Positions 39,127-51,806 of a stretch of 64,000 nt of DNA are shown one piece after another. The first letter of the stretch is position 1. Every line of letters starts with the position of its first letter. Source of the DNA: Amphiscolops sp. MND2022 (Eukaryota); NCBI GenBank assembly GCA_964187785.1, contig OZ076413.1:47988001-48052000 (forward strand), in the 5' to 3' direction. Both the position numbers and the translations under genes were made by a program. The notes below the pieces were generated by a model that was not told the DNA's origin, made no database searches, and was given only the letters and a program-made list of their open reading frames with translations.

Positions 39127-39600
39127 TCTGGCTCTGGAAAATTGAGCAATGGTTCGCAATGAAAGCGAGTTCTAAACCTCTCGCCTCCCTGGATGGCTTG
39201 GCACAAGAAGCTGCCTCCTCGCCCATTGCTTTCTAGGTACGTACTTGTAACGGATCCAGCCGCCCATATTCCAATACTGCCAGTATACAACGAGGTCAGT
39301 CTGTAGTACCCAGGCCGTTGCTAAGATCTGAAATCATTCTCTCGTTTTCTTATAGCCCATCATTTTCCTAGTGTAATTATTGATAATACCAGGCAAATAC
39401 TTTACCGCTGCTTCGAAAATGCTCGCTGTCACTTTTGCGCACTCCTGCTCCAGAAAATCGTTAGGAGCAATTCCAAGACACGTACGACAGTACTCTTTGA
39501 TTTCGGCACTTTGCATTGCCTTAGTAGCTGCCACACGTAGCCCTTTGCACTTCCGACTGGGTGCACTGTTCTTACGTTTTATAAATACAGGTTCTTCATG
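39127..39600 (-). pseudogene. Possible OTU-like cysteine protease (deubiquitinase) remnant
   Basis: Across frameshifts: CIYKT (Cys at 39587-39589), LRVAATKAM, ILATAWVLQTDLVVY...GGWIRY and HCEPLL (His at 39159-39161), followed by a GTAAGT donor at 39126. The order resembles the OTU Cys, middle and His motifs. Recognised by eye only. Confidence 0.4.
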
Positions 39601-42600
39601 CCTGTCCCTCCTTTTTTGGCAACCTTGTCCAGGCTATGAAAGTCGGTGATCTGGTACTATACCAGTTGCCAATAATAAAACGAGCCGTCAACATCAAATT
39701 TTGCATTTGGCTCACACTTTCTGCCGATGCTGCTTTGGAACTCCGTGAACCTATCAGTAAGGATACTGCACATCTCTCCACTAAAACAAACTCAGGATGC
39801 CGCATTTTTATATAAACTTTGTCGTGCGGTCATCAACTTCGTGGACCCAACATTTACATCCGATCAGATCTTCAATCTTGTTCTCGGGTACCCTCAATCA
39901 AAATTCTTGTGGATCTTCCCTCTCCACAATGCACTAATTGTTCTACCTTCCATAGAAATCCTCAGCCAATCTCGCATTTATGCGCTCTCTGAAAAAGGAC
40001 CTGAAGTATATACCTCAAACCTCTCTCATAGACCGTGAAGCTCTACAGAAGATTGCACAAGCTATCGTCATGCAAATGACAGCCTTGAAAAACCGGTTCG
40101 GACGCGAACTTAGTCATGTAACTTCTTTCACTTCTACAATCATAATGGGCATTGCAAGTTTCATAATATCAATGTTATTACATTTGTTTTTCATGTACAT
40201 TTTCCATCGTTGTATAATTCTACATGAATTCATACCAATCAAACATACATTACCGTGCCAAAAGTGGGTAATTTGAATTTTCGCAGTGGAATTCGATTCG
40301 ATGAAAGCGTGCAGCGTAATCCACTGACAAATGCTGTTACGTTGCAGTCGATTCCACTTTTTTGGCATTTTCTCCGCAGTGAATTTCGCTGCAATGCATT
40401 GGATTCCACTATCAAATACCTTGAACATTCGGATCTTGTAGTGGATTCCACTTCCGACGACATTTTCACCGTCGCCCAGCCGACTCCAGGTATAGCATCG
40501 ACTATTACCTTTTCTCCTCGTCGACCACCTCCAATGCATTCTACCCCTCTTTCTCGTCATACTTCATCTTCTTACCTTCCAAACACTTCTTGTTTGCCAC
40601 AAAGTCTAGGACAGACCCCGACTTTAATCCAAGCTAGCTCAACCTCTGACCACTCTGAAGGTATACCCATCATTTTTTATAGCCCATCGTTTTCCTAGTG
40701 TAATTATTGATAATACCAGGCAAATACTTCACCGCCGCTTCGAAAATGCTCGCTGTCACTTTTGCGCACTCCTGCTCCAGGAAATCGTTAGGAGCAATTC
40801 CAAGACACGTACGACAGTACTCTTTGATTTCGGAACTTTGCATTGCCTTAGTAGCTGCCACACGTAGCCCTTTGCACTTCCGACTCGGTGCACTGTTCTT
40901 ACGTTTTATAAATACAGGTTCTGCATGCCTGTCCCTCCTTTTTTGGCAACCTTGTCCATGCTATGAAAGTCGGTGATCTGGTACTATACCAGTTGCCAAT
41001 AATAGAACGAGCCGTCAACATCAAATTTTGCATTTGGCTCACACTTTCTGCCGATGCTGCTTTGGAACTCCGTGAACCTATCAGTAAGGATACTGCACAT
41101 CTCTCCACTAAAACAAACTCAGGATGCCGCATTTTTATATAAACTTTGTCGTGCGGTCATCAACTTCGTGGACCCAACATTTACATCCGATCAGATCTTC
41201 AATCTTGTTCTCGGGTACCCTCAATCAAAATTCTTGTGGATCTTCCCTCTCCACAATGCACTAATTGTTCTACCTTCCATAGAAATCCTCAGCCAATCTC
41301 GCATTTATGCGCTCTCTGAAAAAGGACCTGAAGTATATACCTCAAACCTCTCTCATAGACCGTGAAGCTCTACAGAAGATTGCACAAGCTATCGTCATGC
41401 AAATGACAGCCTTGAAAAACCGGTTCAGACGCGAACTTAGTCATGTAACTTCTTTCACTTCTACGATCATAATGGGCATTGCAAGTTTCATAATATCAAT
41501 GTTATTACATTTGTTATTCATGTACAGTTTCCATCGTTGTATAATTCTACATGAATTCATACCAATCAAACATACATTACCGTGCCAAAAGTGGGTAATT
41601 TGAATTTTTGCAGTGGAATTCGATTCGATGAAAGCGTGCAGCGTAATCCACTGACAAAAGCTATTACGTTGCAGTCGATTCCACTTTTTTGGCATTTTCT
41701 CCGCATTTATTTTCGCTGCAATGCATTGGATTCCACTATCAAATACCTTGAACATTCGGATTTTGTAGTGGGTTCCACTAAACACTGCCGTGGATTCCAC
41801 TGGACGCTGCAGTGGACTCCACCGATGGCCGCAGTGGAATCCACTATTGGCTGTAAAGGACTCCACTGCAGTGTTTTAGTCGAATTCACTGAATTCTTCC
41901 ATTACCAACCTACAAAAATTAAAAACCACCGAAAAGAAGTGGAGTTCATGTACTTCAGTGCCCAAAAAGTCTATCTTCACGTGTTCAGTTTTGAGAATGA
42001 GAAAGCTTTTCAGAATCAGCAAGTGTCACAAAAAAAGGATTCAGAACTTCTCCATTTGGTTCAAAATTATTCCCAGAGAGTTTTGTCAATCAATTTTTTC
42101 TGATACTCGCACTGTTTTACCGCTTTAGTTTGACTGTGATGTTTTTTCATCCTTTGATTGAATCATAGTAGGCATCAAAAATTCACATACAGCTTCTGCT
42201 AGTTACTTAGTTATACACACATACCTAGTTACTTTAGGTATAACTAGTTTTCATTTTTCATTTACCTCATGGTGGATACCAAAATTTGGTTCCAGAAAAC
42301 TCACGTCAATCATACTTCCAAGCTGACTGCAACGGAGACCTTATCAATCTACCACCATTCTACAAATTCAAGTTTTGTCATCTAATAAATTTTAAAGTAG
42401 CATCATATCACTGTTAGTCAAATTGCATGCTCAATATGATGCTACTTTAGAATTTATTACAAATAGTGGATATCAAATTTCACACACAGCTCTCCCGTGT
42501 ATCTAGGGTATAACTAGGTTTCATTTTTCAATGAACTCGTGGGGGATACCAAACTTTTAAATTGAATTACAAGCCGAATGAAAATCAACTTATTGCTCTC

Positions 42601-44573
42601 AATCAATCCCTCATCTAGATTCATGAAGAATATTCACGTGAAGAAACGTTGCAAGCGTTCACTAAAGTTGTATCTAGGGTATAACTGGCACATTACCGTG
42701 CCAAAAGTGGGTAATTTGAATTTTTGCAGTGGAATTCGATTCGATGAAAGCGTGCAGCGTAATCCACTGACAAATGCTGTTACGTTGCAGTCGATTCCAC
42801 TTTTTTGGCATTTTCTCCGCAGTGAATTTCGCTGCAATGCATTGGATTCCACTATCAAATACCTTGAACATTCGGATCTTGTAGTGGATTCCACTTCCGA
42901 CGACATTTTCACCGTCGTCCAGCCGACTCCAGGTATAGCATCGACTATTACTTTTTCTCCTCGTCGACCACCTCCAATGCATTCTACCCCTCTTTCTCGC
43001 CATACTTCATCTTCTTACCTTCCAAACACTTCTTGTTTGCCACAAAGTCTAGGACAGACCCCGACTTTAATCCAAGCTAGCTCGACCTCTGACCACTCTG
43101 AAGGTATACCAATATACATACCCGTTCATGAGAGTTCATCTTCTTCGTTTTCGGGATTTTCGGAAACCCTCATAAATCGAGCTCGCGCCATAACCTCACC
43201 ACTTCGAAAAGCCTCTGTTTTGGACAAAACACCCCTTTTTGACTTCTATAATACTCCTACATGTTCATGTCACCTAATTCTCAACCTTATTATTTTCGCC
43301 CACCGCCATCGCGCATTCCTGCCCTACTACCCCCACACCTATAGCCCCCCTTTTGGCTCAGAACCCTTCTGATCCCTTCCAGTTTCGATTGGTCCCTTTA
43401 CCTCGTCCACCAGCCTCCTGTGTCAGATCTCACAGATCCAACTGCCTTTGTGCGCGACTTTAATTCTACCTCTGGAGTCTCTCGTAATATTCATACTCCT
43501 ACGACCCCATGAGTCAATACGATACCTGCTACCGCTTCTTCTTATCGTCGTGACTCTAGTTTACGACCGAAACCTTGCCGCACATTCTTCTTTAACCCCA
43601 AACCATGGAAAGAAGCCTCTTATTTTTCCTTCAGTTTTTTTGCCTTTTTTCAATTTTTTTGGTTGATTATTGCTATTTTTTTTACATTAGCTCTTCCAAG
43701 TGTACCCTTTTACGCCCTCAGCTCTCTAGCCTTCTGGTTTTGCTGTTGCTCCTAATACACCCACCTAAACTCCTATATTGCTCCTCTTTCATGGATTTTT
43801 TCCGCAAAAACTTTGGATTTTTTTAAACTGGTTGTTTTTTGACCGTTTTTGGACTAAATTTGTATCATAGTCCTCTCTTTGAACGTGAATGATACAGCGA
43901 GGTTACTGTGAGACTCCCCATTTCACCTAAGTGTAGTAATCAGGCCTCCACGTCCCATAGCACACACTTTTACCTAGCCATTTTTCAACGAAAATAGGTC
44001 ATTTTTTGACTCCTGAAAAATACGACCTTCAAAGACCCATAAAAAACAGAATTTTCGAAATTTTGACCCCAGAAAATCGGTGAACACAGTTTTTTACCAC
44101 AAACTTTTGATTTAGGCTAGAAAAAACTTGAAAAATCGAAAAAAAAAAATTGAAAAGTTTTTCTGAGTGACTTTTTGGCCTTCCTATCACATATTGTTTT
44201 TTTGTCAATTTTATGTCTTTTTCTCTAATTTATGCGCCCGTAATTGCCACAAAATTTCTTTACTACTTCTCTACGATATTCCTACGCATAAATACACTCA
44301 ATGCCTAAGACTTTTATAGGTCTTTGACCCAAAAACATGTAAAATGTTTGCTATTTTTCGACTCTTTCAGATTTTTTCCAAATAAACGTGTCTTTTCTAA
44401 CCTCTACGCTTGCGTTGAGCTACTTCCACAGGCTTCCTGCTGCACTCACGCTTTTACCCACAACAGGCCCTCGCACCTTTACTGATGTCTGTTCTCTGAT
44501 GAAAACATGAATGTTTTCCCAAAATACCTTAGGATCGCTTACTAACTCTCTATGTAATATCGTTATTACTTAC

Positions 44574-45050
44574 TCTGGCTCTGGAAAATTGAGCAATGGT
44601 TCGCAATGAAAGCGAGTTCTAAACCTCTCGCCTCCCTGGATGGCTTGGCACAAGAAGCTGCCTCCTCGCCCATTGCTTTCTAGGTACGTACTTGTAGCGG
44701 ATCCAGCCGCCGATATTCCAATACTGCCAGTATACAACGAGGTCAGTCTGTAGTACCCAGGCCGTTGCTAAGATCTGAAATCATTCTCTCGTTTTCTTAT
44801 AGCCCATCATTTTCCTAGTGTAATTATTGATAATACCAGGCAAATACTTTATTAACGCCGCTTCGAAAATGCTCGCTGTCACTTTTGCGCACTCCTGCTC
44901 CAGGAAATCGTTAGGAGCAATTCCAAGACACGTACGACAGTACTCTTTGATTTCGGCACTTTGCATTGCCTTAGTAGCTGCCACACGTAGCCCTTTGCAC
45001 TTCCGACTGGGTGCACTGTTCTTACGTTTTATAAATACAGGTTCTTCATG
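44574..45050 (-). pseudogene. Duplicate of the possible OTU-like remnant
   Basis: Same motifs in the duplicated A/B block (Cys at 45037-45039; donor at 44573). Confidence 0.4.
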
Positions 45051-46962
45051 CCTGTCCCTCCTTTTTTGGCAACCTTGTCCAGGCTATGAAAGTCGGTGAT
45101 CTGGTACTATACCAGTTGCCAATAATAGAACGAGCCGTCAACATCAAATTTGGCATTTGGCTCACACTTTCTGCCGATGCTGCTTTGGAACTCCGTGAAC
45201 CTATCAGTAAGGATACTGCACATCTCTCCACTAAAACAAACTCAGGATGCCGCATTTTTATATAAACTTTGTCGTGCGGTCATCAACTTCGTGGACCCAA
45301 CATTTACATCCGATCAGATCTTCAATCTTGTTTTCGGGTACCCTCAATCAAAATTCTTGTGGATCTTCCCTCTCCACAATGCACTAATTGTTCTCCCTTC
45401 CAGAGAAATCCTCAGCCAATCTCGCATTTATGCGCTCTCTGAAAAAGGACCTGAAGTATATACCTCAAACCTCTCTCATAGACCGTGAAGCTCTACAGAA
45501 GATTGCACAAGCTATCGTCATGCAAATGACAGCCTTGAAAAACCGGTTCACACGCGAACTTAGTCATGTAACTTCTTTCACTTCTACGATCATAATGGGC
45601 ACTGCAAGTTTCATAATATCAATGTTATTACATTTGTTATTCATGTACAGTTTCCATCGTTGTATAATTCTACATGAATTCATACCAATCAAACATACAT
45701 TACCGTGCCAAAAATGGGTAATTTGAATTTTTGCAGTGGAATTCGATTCGATGAAAGGGTGCAGCGTAATCCACTGACAAATGCTGTTACGTTGCAGTCG
45801 ATTCCACTTTTTGGTATTTTCTCCGCAGTGAATTTCGCTGCAATGCATTGGATTCCACTATCAAATACCTTGAACATTCGGATCTTGTAGTGGATTCCAC
45901 TAAACACTGCCGTGGATTCCACTGGACGCTGCAGTGGACTCCACCGATGGCCGCAGTGGAATCCACTATTGGCTGTAAAGGACTCCACTGCAGTGTTTTA
46001 GTCGAATTCACTGAATTCTTCCATTACCAACCTACAAAAATTAACAACCACCGAAAAGAAGTGGAGTTCATGTACTTCAGTGCCCAAAAAGTCTATTTTC
46101 ACGTGTTCAGTTTTGAGAATGAGAAAACTTTTCAGAATCAGCAAGTGTCACAAAAAAAGGATTCAGAACTTCTCCATTTGGTTCAAACTTATTCCCAGAG
46201 AGTTTTGTCAACCAATTTTTTCTGATACTCGCACTGTTTTACCGCTTTAGTTTGACTGTGATGTTTTTTCATCCTTTGATTGAATCATAGTAGGCATCAA
46301 AAATTCACATACAGCTTCTGCTAGTTACTTAGTTATACACACATACCTAGTTACTTTAGGTATAACTAGTTTTCATTTTTCATTTACCTCATGGTGGATA
46401 CAAAAATTTGGTTCCAGAAAACTCACGTCAATCATACTTCCAAGCTGACTGCAACGGAGACCTTATCAATTCTACCACCATTCTATAAATTCAAACTTTG
46501 TCATCTAATAAATTTTAAAGTAGCATCATATCACTGTTAGTCAAATTGCATGCTCAATATGATGCTACTTTAGAATTTATTACGAATAGTGGATATCAAA
46601 TTTCACAGACAGCTCTCGCGTGTATCTAGGGTATAACTAGGTTTCATTTTTCAATGAACTCGTGGGGGATACCAAACCTTTAAATTGAATTACAAGCCGA
46701 ATGAAAATCAACTTATTGCTCTCAATCAATCCCTCATCTAGATTCATGAAGAAGATTCACGTGAAGAAAACGTTGCAAGCGTTCACTAAAGTTGTTATTC
46801 ATTGTGCTTTGTTTCGGTATGACGAAAAAAAGCATGTGTATCTGTAGCAATCAGTGTTTAAATACAAAATTGCAAGTGAAATTGAAACGAAAGTAGTGAA
46901 AAATTGAATACACAACAACGAGAAGATGAGGGTTTTGAAAACGCAATTTTCTGACGATTCCA

Positions 46963-47957
46963 TCAGTCAAATATCGACTGGGATTCTTCACGTTCCAGAA
47001 AAAGTTGATTGGCAATGGGGTCATTGTATTCAAAACGGAACTGCTGAAATGGTAGAATATCACGTGTAGCTCGGAACACTACAATCTTATTGCCATTTTG
47101 AAACAACTCTATCACTGTGGGCTTCATGTTGGCGCCGTTTGAAATCAACTGCGAGTGGTTCGCAAGGCGTCCAGGGCAGCGGATATTTGGGCGAAGGAGG
47201 CAAATCTCTTTGGAGGCATCAATGATTTCTCTAGAGGCGCCACTTTTAACCTCCAGATCGAACTCCGGCTCCACACCTTCTTTCTCGAGGACCTGGCTCG
47301 ATGACACGTTCAAATACCCCTCGCCATGGTAATCTATTAAAATGGTGTCCTTTGAAAATGTCTGTGTGGCAATCACACATCTTCCAAATTTCGACATTTT
47401 AGCTAACCAGATTCCAGGCCAAAGCTGCGTCTCACATCGTTGCGACAACATAATTTGTCCTTCATACGGCACATTATGAGCAAGTTCAGCATACCGATTT
47501 CCACTGCTCTCAGGTAACGGCGTGGATTTTCTAATTGACTGGCTGATAGAGTGAATCAATAACTGCGTTGTCACTTTTTTCACGTCCTGCTTCTTATCCT
47601 CCAGCAAACTCCACTTTTGTCGCTGGAAAAATGCCGTCACTCTTGACTCAAGACATTTAAAAGCAACTTTCCCAGAAACGTGTTCGAAGATAGCAAGGCC
47701 CTGGCTGACTGGCGAGTGTACCTTTGCTGGTCTTAGCGGGCGCGAACAGCGTTTCTCACCTCGTCTTTGTCGAAACCTTCAACATTGGAAAGAACCAATT
47801 TAATTGCATGTTTCAGCTTGGCGATTTTGAAGCAGGGGTCCTTGGAAAATGGCGTCGCGACTTTACTTTTTAAAAGTATTTTGTTCTTTTCTTTCTGCTT
47901 TTTTGCTTGAAATGAAAAGATCCACAACAGATTTAACGCGGAAGTCCGCTTCTCCAA
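46963..47957 (-). pseudogene. SET-domain lysine methyltransferase, SET8/PR-Set7(KMT5A)-like
   Basis: GRCVIATQTFSKDTILIDYHG, IIDAS, GRLANHS and VFRATRDILPFQQFRFEYND match SET motifs I-IV. The frame continues upstream through one in-frame TAA (47733-47735) into ORF 47733-47957. More fragments extend to ~48540. Confidence 0.85.
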
Positions 47958-48899
47958 TTGAATTTACAAAGAACAACTCTGTAATAAGTTGACATTTGTC
48001 GACTTTTTCGTATCAAACAATGGCTAACTTTGGAAACAAAAAATTGCCGAATTTGTGTAAAATATACTTTCCTTGCCTCAACAAGTCTTCTGGATATTTT
48101 GTGAACTGTTCGTTTCGCTGATCCATGTGTGTGTTCCACAGAGATTGAAGGCGTCGCTCAGTGACATTTCATCGTGATCCATCACGATTTGCACAACTGA
48201 ATGTACGAGACATTCCGGATGGTACTTTCAAGCATAGGTGGTACCGCACAATTGAACAGGGTTGTAATTATGCATCAAAAGAGTTCCAACTTAGCTTTTT
48301 GTACTATTCCCACGTTTTCTTTCTATGCCTTCACATGTTTAGACAACTTACTTTCGTACACGTTGTTGTCAAAGTAAGTAACTTTCGCGCATTTGGATTG
48401 GCTGTACTTAAATTATCCTCACTGCACTGGGAGTCAAATGGAAGCTTCCCAGGTGGCTCATTGAGCTGGGGTGACAAATTAGTCCGGGGACCTTATTATA
48501 CCTTTTCAAATATATTAACACTCACGAGATGAGTTTGAAAAGAAAATTGCTAGTGCTGATTTCCTTTTATTAAACGCTCGAAATGGAATGACACCTTCTT
48601 TTAGGACCATCACTGTGATAGTAGACTCTTTTTTGCGCAGTTTATGTGTTGACACCTGATACTTACTTTGCACAAAATTGAATAGTTTCTGCTCAGAGGA
48701 AGCTCACGTGTTTCTTCCGTTGAAGTCAACTTTAAACTCCACTACAATGCTTTTGCAAACTTTTAAACTATATGAAATTGTCCAAATCCTCGACCCTGAA
48801 ACCTATATTTGGGAGTCTGCAAAGATAATAGCGTTCATAAGTGATTGGTCTCTGAAAATCTGAAGGATCGACTGGAACAATAGTCTGTAGAAAATAGAA

Positions 48900-49936
48900 C
48901 TTCACCTAGAATTGCGTGCTGACCCAAATAGGTGGAACATTAGAAAAGCGCAACTTTCGCAACCAGTCATGTCAAAAAAGCGTTTTAAACCCCTGTCGTA
49001 TAACCCAAACCGATTGCAAAAAAACGAGCCCGTGTGTGGGGCATTGTTTTATTGATTCCCATGGAAAAATCAAAATAGGAACTATTTCGACGAATGACCC
49101 ATTTACCCATGAGTGTGTCGTGGGGATGGACGAAATGTTTGGAATTATACCTATTGCTGTTTGAAGAACTCAGTGGAAGACACCCATAATCACGATGAGA
49201 AAGCAGAAGACGACGAGGAAGCTGAAGAGACGAGGCAGGAACATCGGGTAGAACCAAAACAGAAAAGACCTAAAACACAAATACCGGATATAGACTTTCA
49301 ACATTGATCCCGCGATCCGATGTGGATGTCAAATTAAGCTATGTACCATGTATCGATGGAATTTGTCAAAGAGGATCCATCATTACTTTGTCTGGAATAA
49401 AATTCAAAGTGAAAGATTTGTACTACAATGCACAGAGGTTGAAACCATTTGCAATAATGGTATACATGGACGATGAAGACTGCGAACTTAGGATGACAGT
49501 AAACAATTGTTCGTTAAAGATATCGGACTATTTAAAAAACGTGGAAATCAATTTTCTCACTCTTGCTAATGATGTTGATAGAACTTTTGCAATCTTTTCT
49601 GCAAATAAGAGATGTATTGGGTTGTCGTTCAAGAAATCATCAACTGTGACAAAGATGATCCCTGCAACAGAGCTCACAAAACGTGTCTGTCGGTTCAAGT
49701 CGGACTCAAGCTAAGAAAACTTGAAATTTTCAATAGAAGTTGAAACGGGAAACTTTGGAATCTACAACAGCTTAGTTTGTATTTTGGGCCAGAACTGGGA
49801 CAGCATTCCAGATATGCTTGAAGATGAGCATGCCACCATGATCAAGACTTTGAAATTCACCGAACATCGCGACTTTATGATGTGCTCAATCAAATGCCAC
49901 ATAACTACAACTGAAGGCCACTACAAAAAAATTTAG
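48900..49936 (+). pseudogene. Decayed gene of unknown function (Cys-rich start, acidic linker, globular-looking C-terminal part)
   Basis: Consecutive same-strand ORFs 48916-49164, 49113-49307, 49304-49714 and 49721-49936, then AATAAA at 50145-50150. No family recognised. Confidence 0.5.
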
Positions 49937-50349
49937 GCAAAATTTTCAACGTGCGCTCATTGAATACTTTGTTGAACAACAGGGGTAGCATTTTTGGTAT
50001 CCACTCTGAGTAAGTGTGTGATTACTTCTCCAAAAAATTGTCTTTTTTGTTACGTTAAATAACCTGAAAGATATTTTTGTTGGTATTGCACTGATAAAGT
50101 TTTTTTTCTTAACTCGATTGTTACAGCAATATTGTCCTTGTTACAATAAATGATGTCGAAAAACTTTTTTCACTTGTGACTACATTCGGAGAAATTCTTT
50201 CCAGTAGATAATTTCAAAATATTATTTAGAACCGTTCCATATGCGTATTATTGATTTGTTACTTTGATATTTGCACTTTCCAAATTTTCAGTACAAACGT
50301 TTCATTAAACCTAATTGCATCTAGTCAAAAACTGTAAGTGGATTTGACC

Positions 50350-51545
50350 AATATGTACAAATACATTGACAGTAGATTTCACAAACAAACCTTTTAATTT
50401 TTGCAAATCATTTCAAAATGGTTACATTCAGTGAAATATTGGTTCTAAATACATTTAGGTTTCTATTGCAGTGGATTTCGCTATTCGGGAAAGTATTCGT
50501 CAACCTGCGAAAAGTGATATGTGGAATCGACTAACGTATACCAATACATTGACAGTGGATTCCACAAACAAATGCTAAAACATTCATTTGGAAACCAATT
50601 TAAAAGAGGTACATTCAGTAATTTGTTAGTTCTTAATAGAAATAAATTTCTAATGCAGTGGATTCCTCTATTCGGGAAAGTATTCTTCAACCTGCGAAAA
50701 GTGATATGTGGAACCGACTAACATATGGTATACCAATACATTGACAGTGGATTTCACGAACAAGTGCTTAAACATTTATTTGCAAACCAATTTAAAAGAA
50801 GTACCTTCAGTAAATTATTAGTTTTTAATGGAAATAAATTTCTATTGCTGTGGATTCCGCTATTCGGGAAAGTACACTTCAACGTGCGAAAATTGATATG
50901 TGGATTCGACTAACGTATACCAATACATTGACAGTGGATTCCACAAACAAATGCTGAAACATTTGCAAACCAATATAAAAGGTACATTCAGTAAATTATT
51001 AGTTCTTAATAGAATTAAATTTCTAGTGCAGTTTATTCCACTATTCTGGAAAGTATTCTTCATCCTGCGAAAAGTGATATGTGGAATCGACTAACGTATA
51101 GTATACCAATACATTGACAGTGGATTCCACAAACAAATGCTTAAACAGTTATTTGCAAACCAATTTAAAAGAAGTACATTCAGTAAATTATTAGTTTTTA
51201 ATAGAAATAAATTTCTTTTGCTGTGGATTCCGCTATTCGGGAAAGTATTCTTCAACGTGCGAAAATTGATATGTGGATTCGACTAACGTAGACCAATACA
51301 TTGACAGTGGATTCCACAAACAAATGCTGAAACATTTGCAATTCAATATAAAAGGTACATTCAGTAACTTATTAGTTCTTAATAGAAATAAATTTCTAGT
51401 GCTGTGGATTCCACTATTCTGGAAAGTATTCTTCATCCTGCGAAAAGCGAAACGTGGAATCGATAAACGTATTACAATACATTAAAACTGGGTTCCACAA
51501 ACACTTGCTCGAACATTGGCGAACCAATTCAAAAGGACTAAGTTC
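50350..51545 (+). repeat. ~187-bp tandem array, about six units, rich in GTGGAWTCCAC
   Basis: CAATACATTGACAGTGG-like starts at ~50359, 50542, 50734, 50921, 51107, 51294 and 51475. Confidence 0.95.
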
Positions 51546-51806
51546 TAAACTAAATTCTATTCAATTTAAATTGTAATAAACAATAAATTATAGATTGAAA
51601 GCTGGATACACCTGGTAACAAAAGGCATTGACAATGATGAATAGAGCGAATTCCAAGAAAAAAGTGCAAAATTACAATTTTATTTGAAGAAAATACGTTG
51701 AAATTGTCAAACAATTCGAAACCAGAACCATTAATTTCCGTAGCTCACAATCCAGTCCGTGGAAGAGATTAGTTCTTTCATCCACATTATCATTTCCCAT
51801 TCATAA

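Larger units (their letters stand above)
37441..46795. repeat. Complex recent internal duplication inside the LTR element
   Basis: Block order (approximate): A 37441-39351, B 39352-40452, partial A 40449-40667, B 40679-41779, Y 41780-42671, B tail 42690-42895, A 42892-44798, B 44799-45901, Y 45902-46795. Near-identical ORF translations repeat, e.g. 39334/40670/44781 and 39727/41054/45150. Confidence 0.93.

Noticed and set aside
47933-48540. Tyrosine-recombinase-like tail (SVEHTHGSAKRTVHKI) upstream of the SET domain
   Set aside because: Only a vague HSxxT-like echo; R-H-R-H-Y residues are not traceable. It needs HHpred on an intact copy.
50350-51545. CRISPR-like look of palindromic repeats in arrays (also the satellite)
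   Set aside because: Whole units repeat with no unique spacers, there are no cas genes, and the context is eukaryotic.
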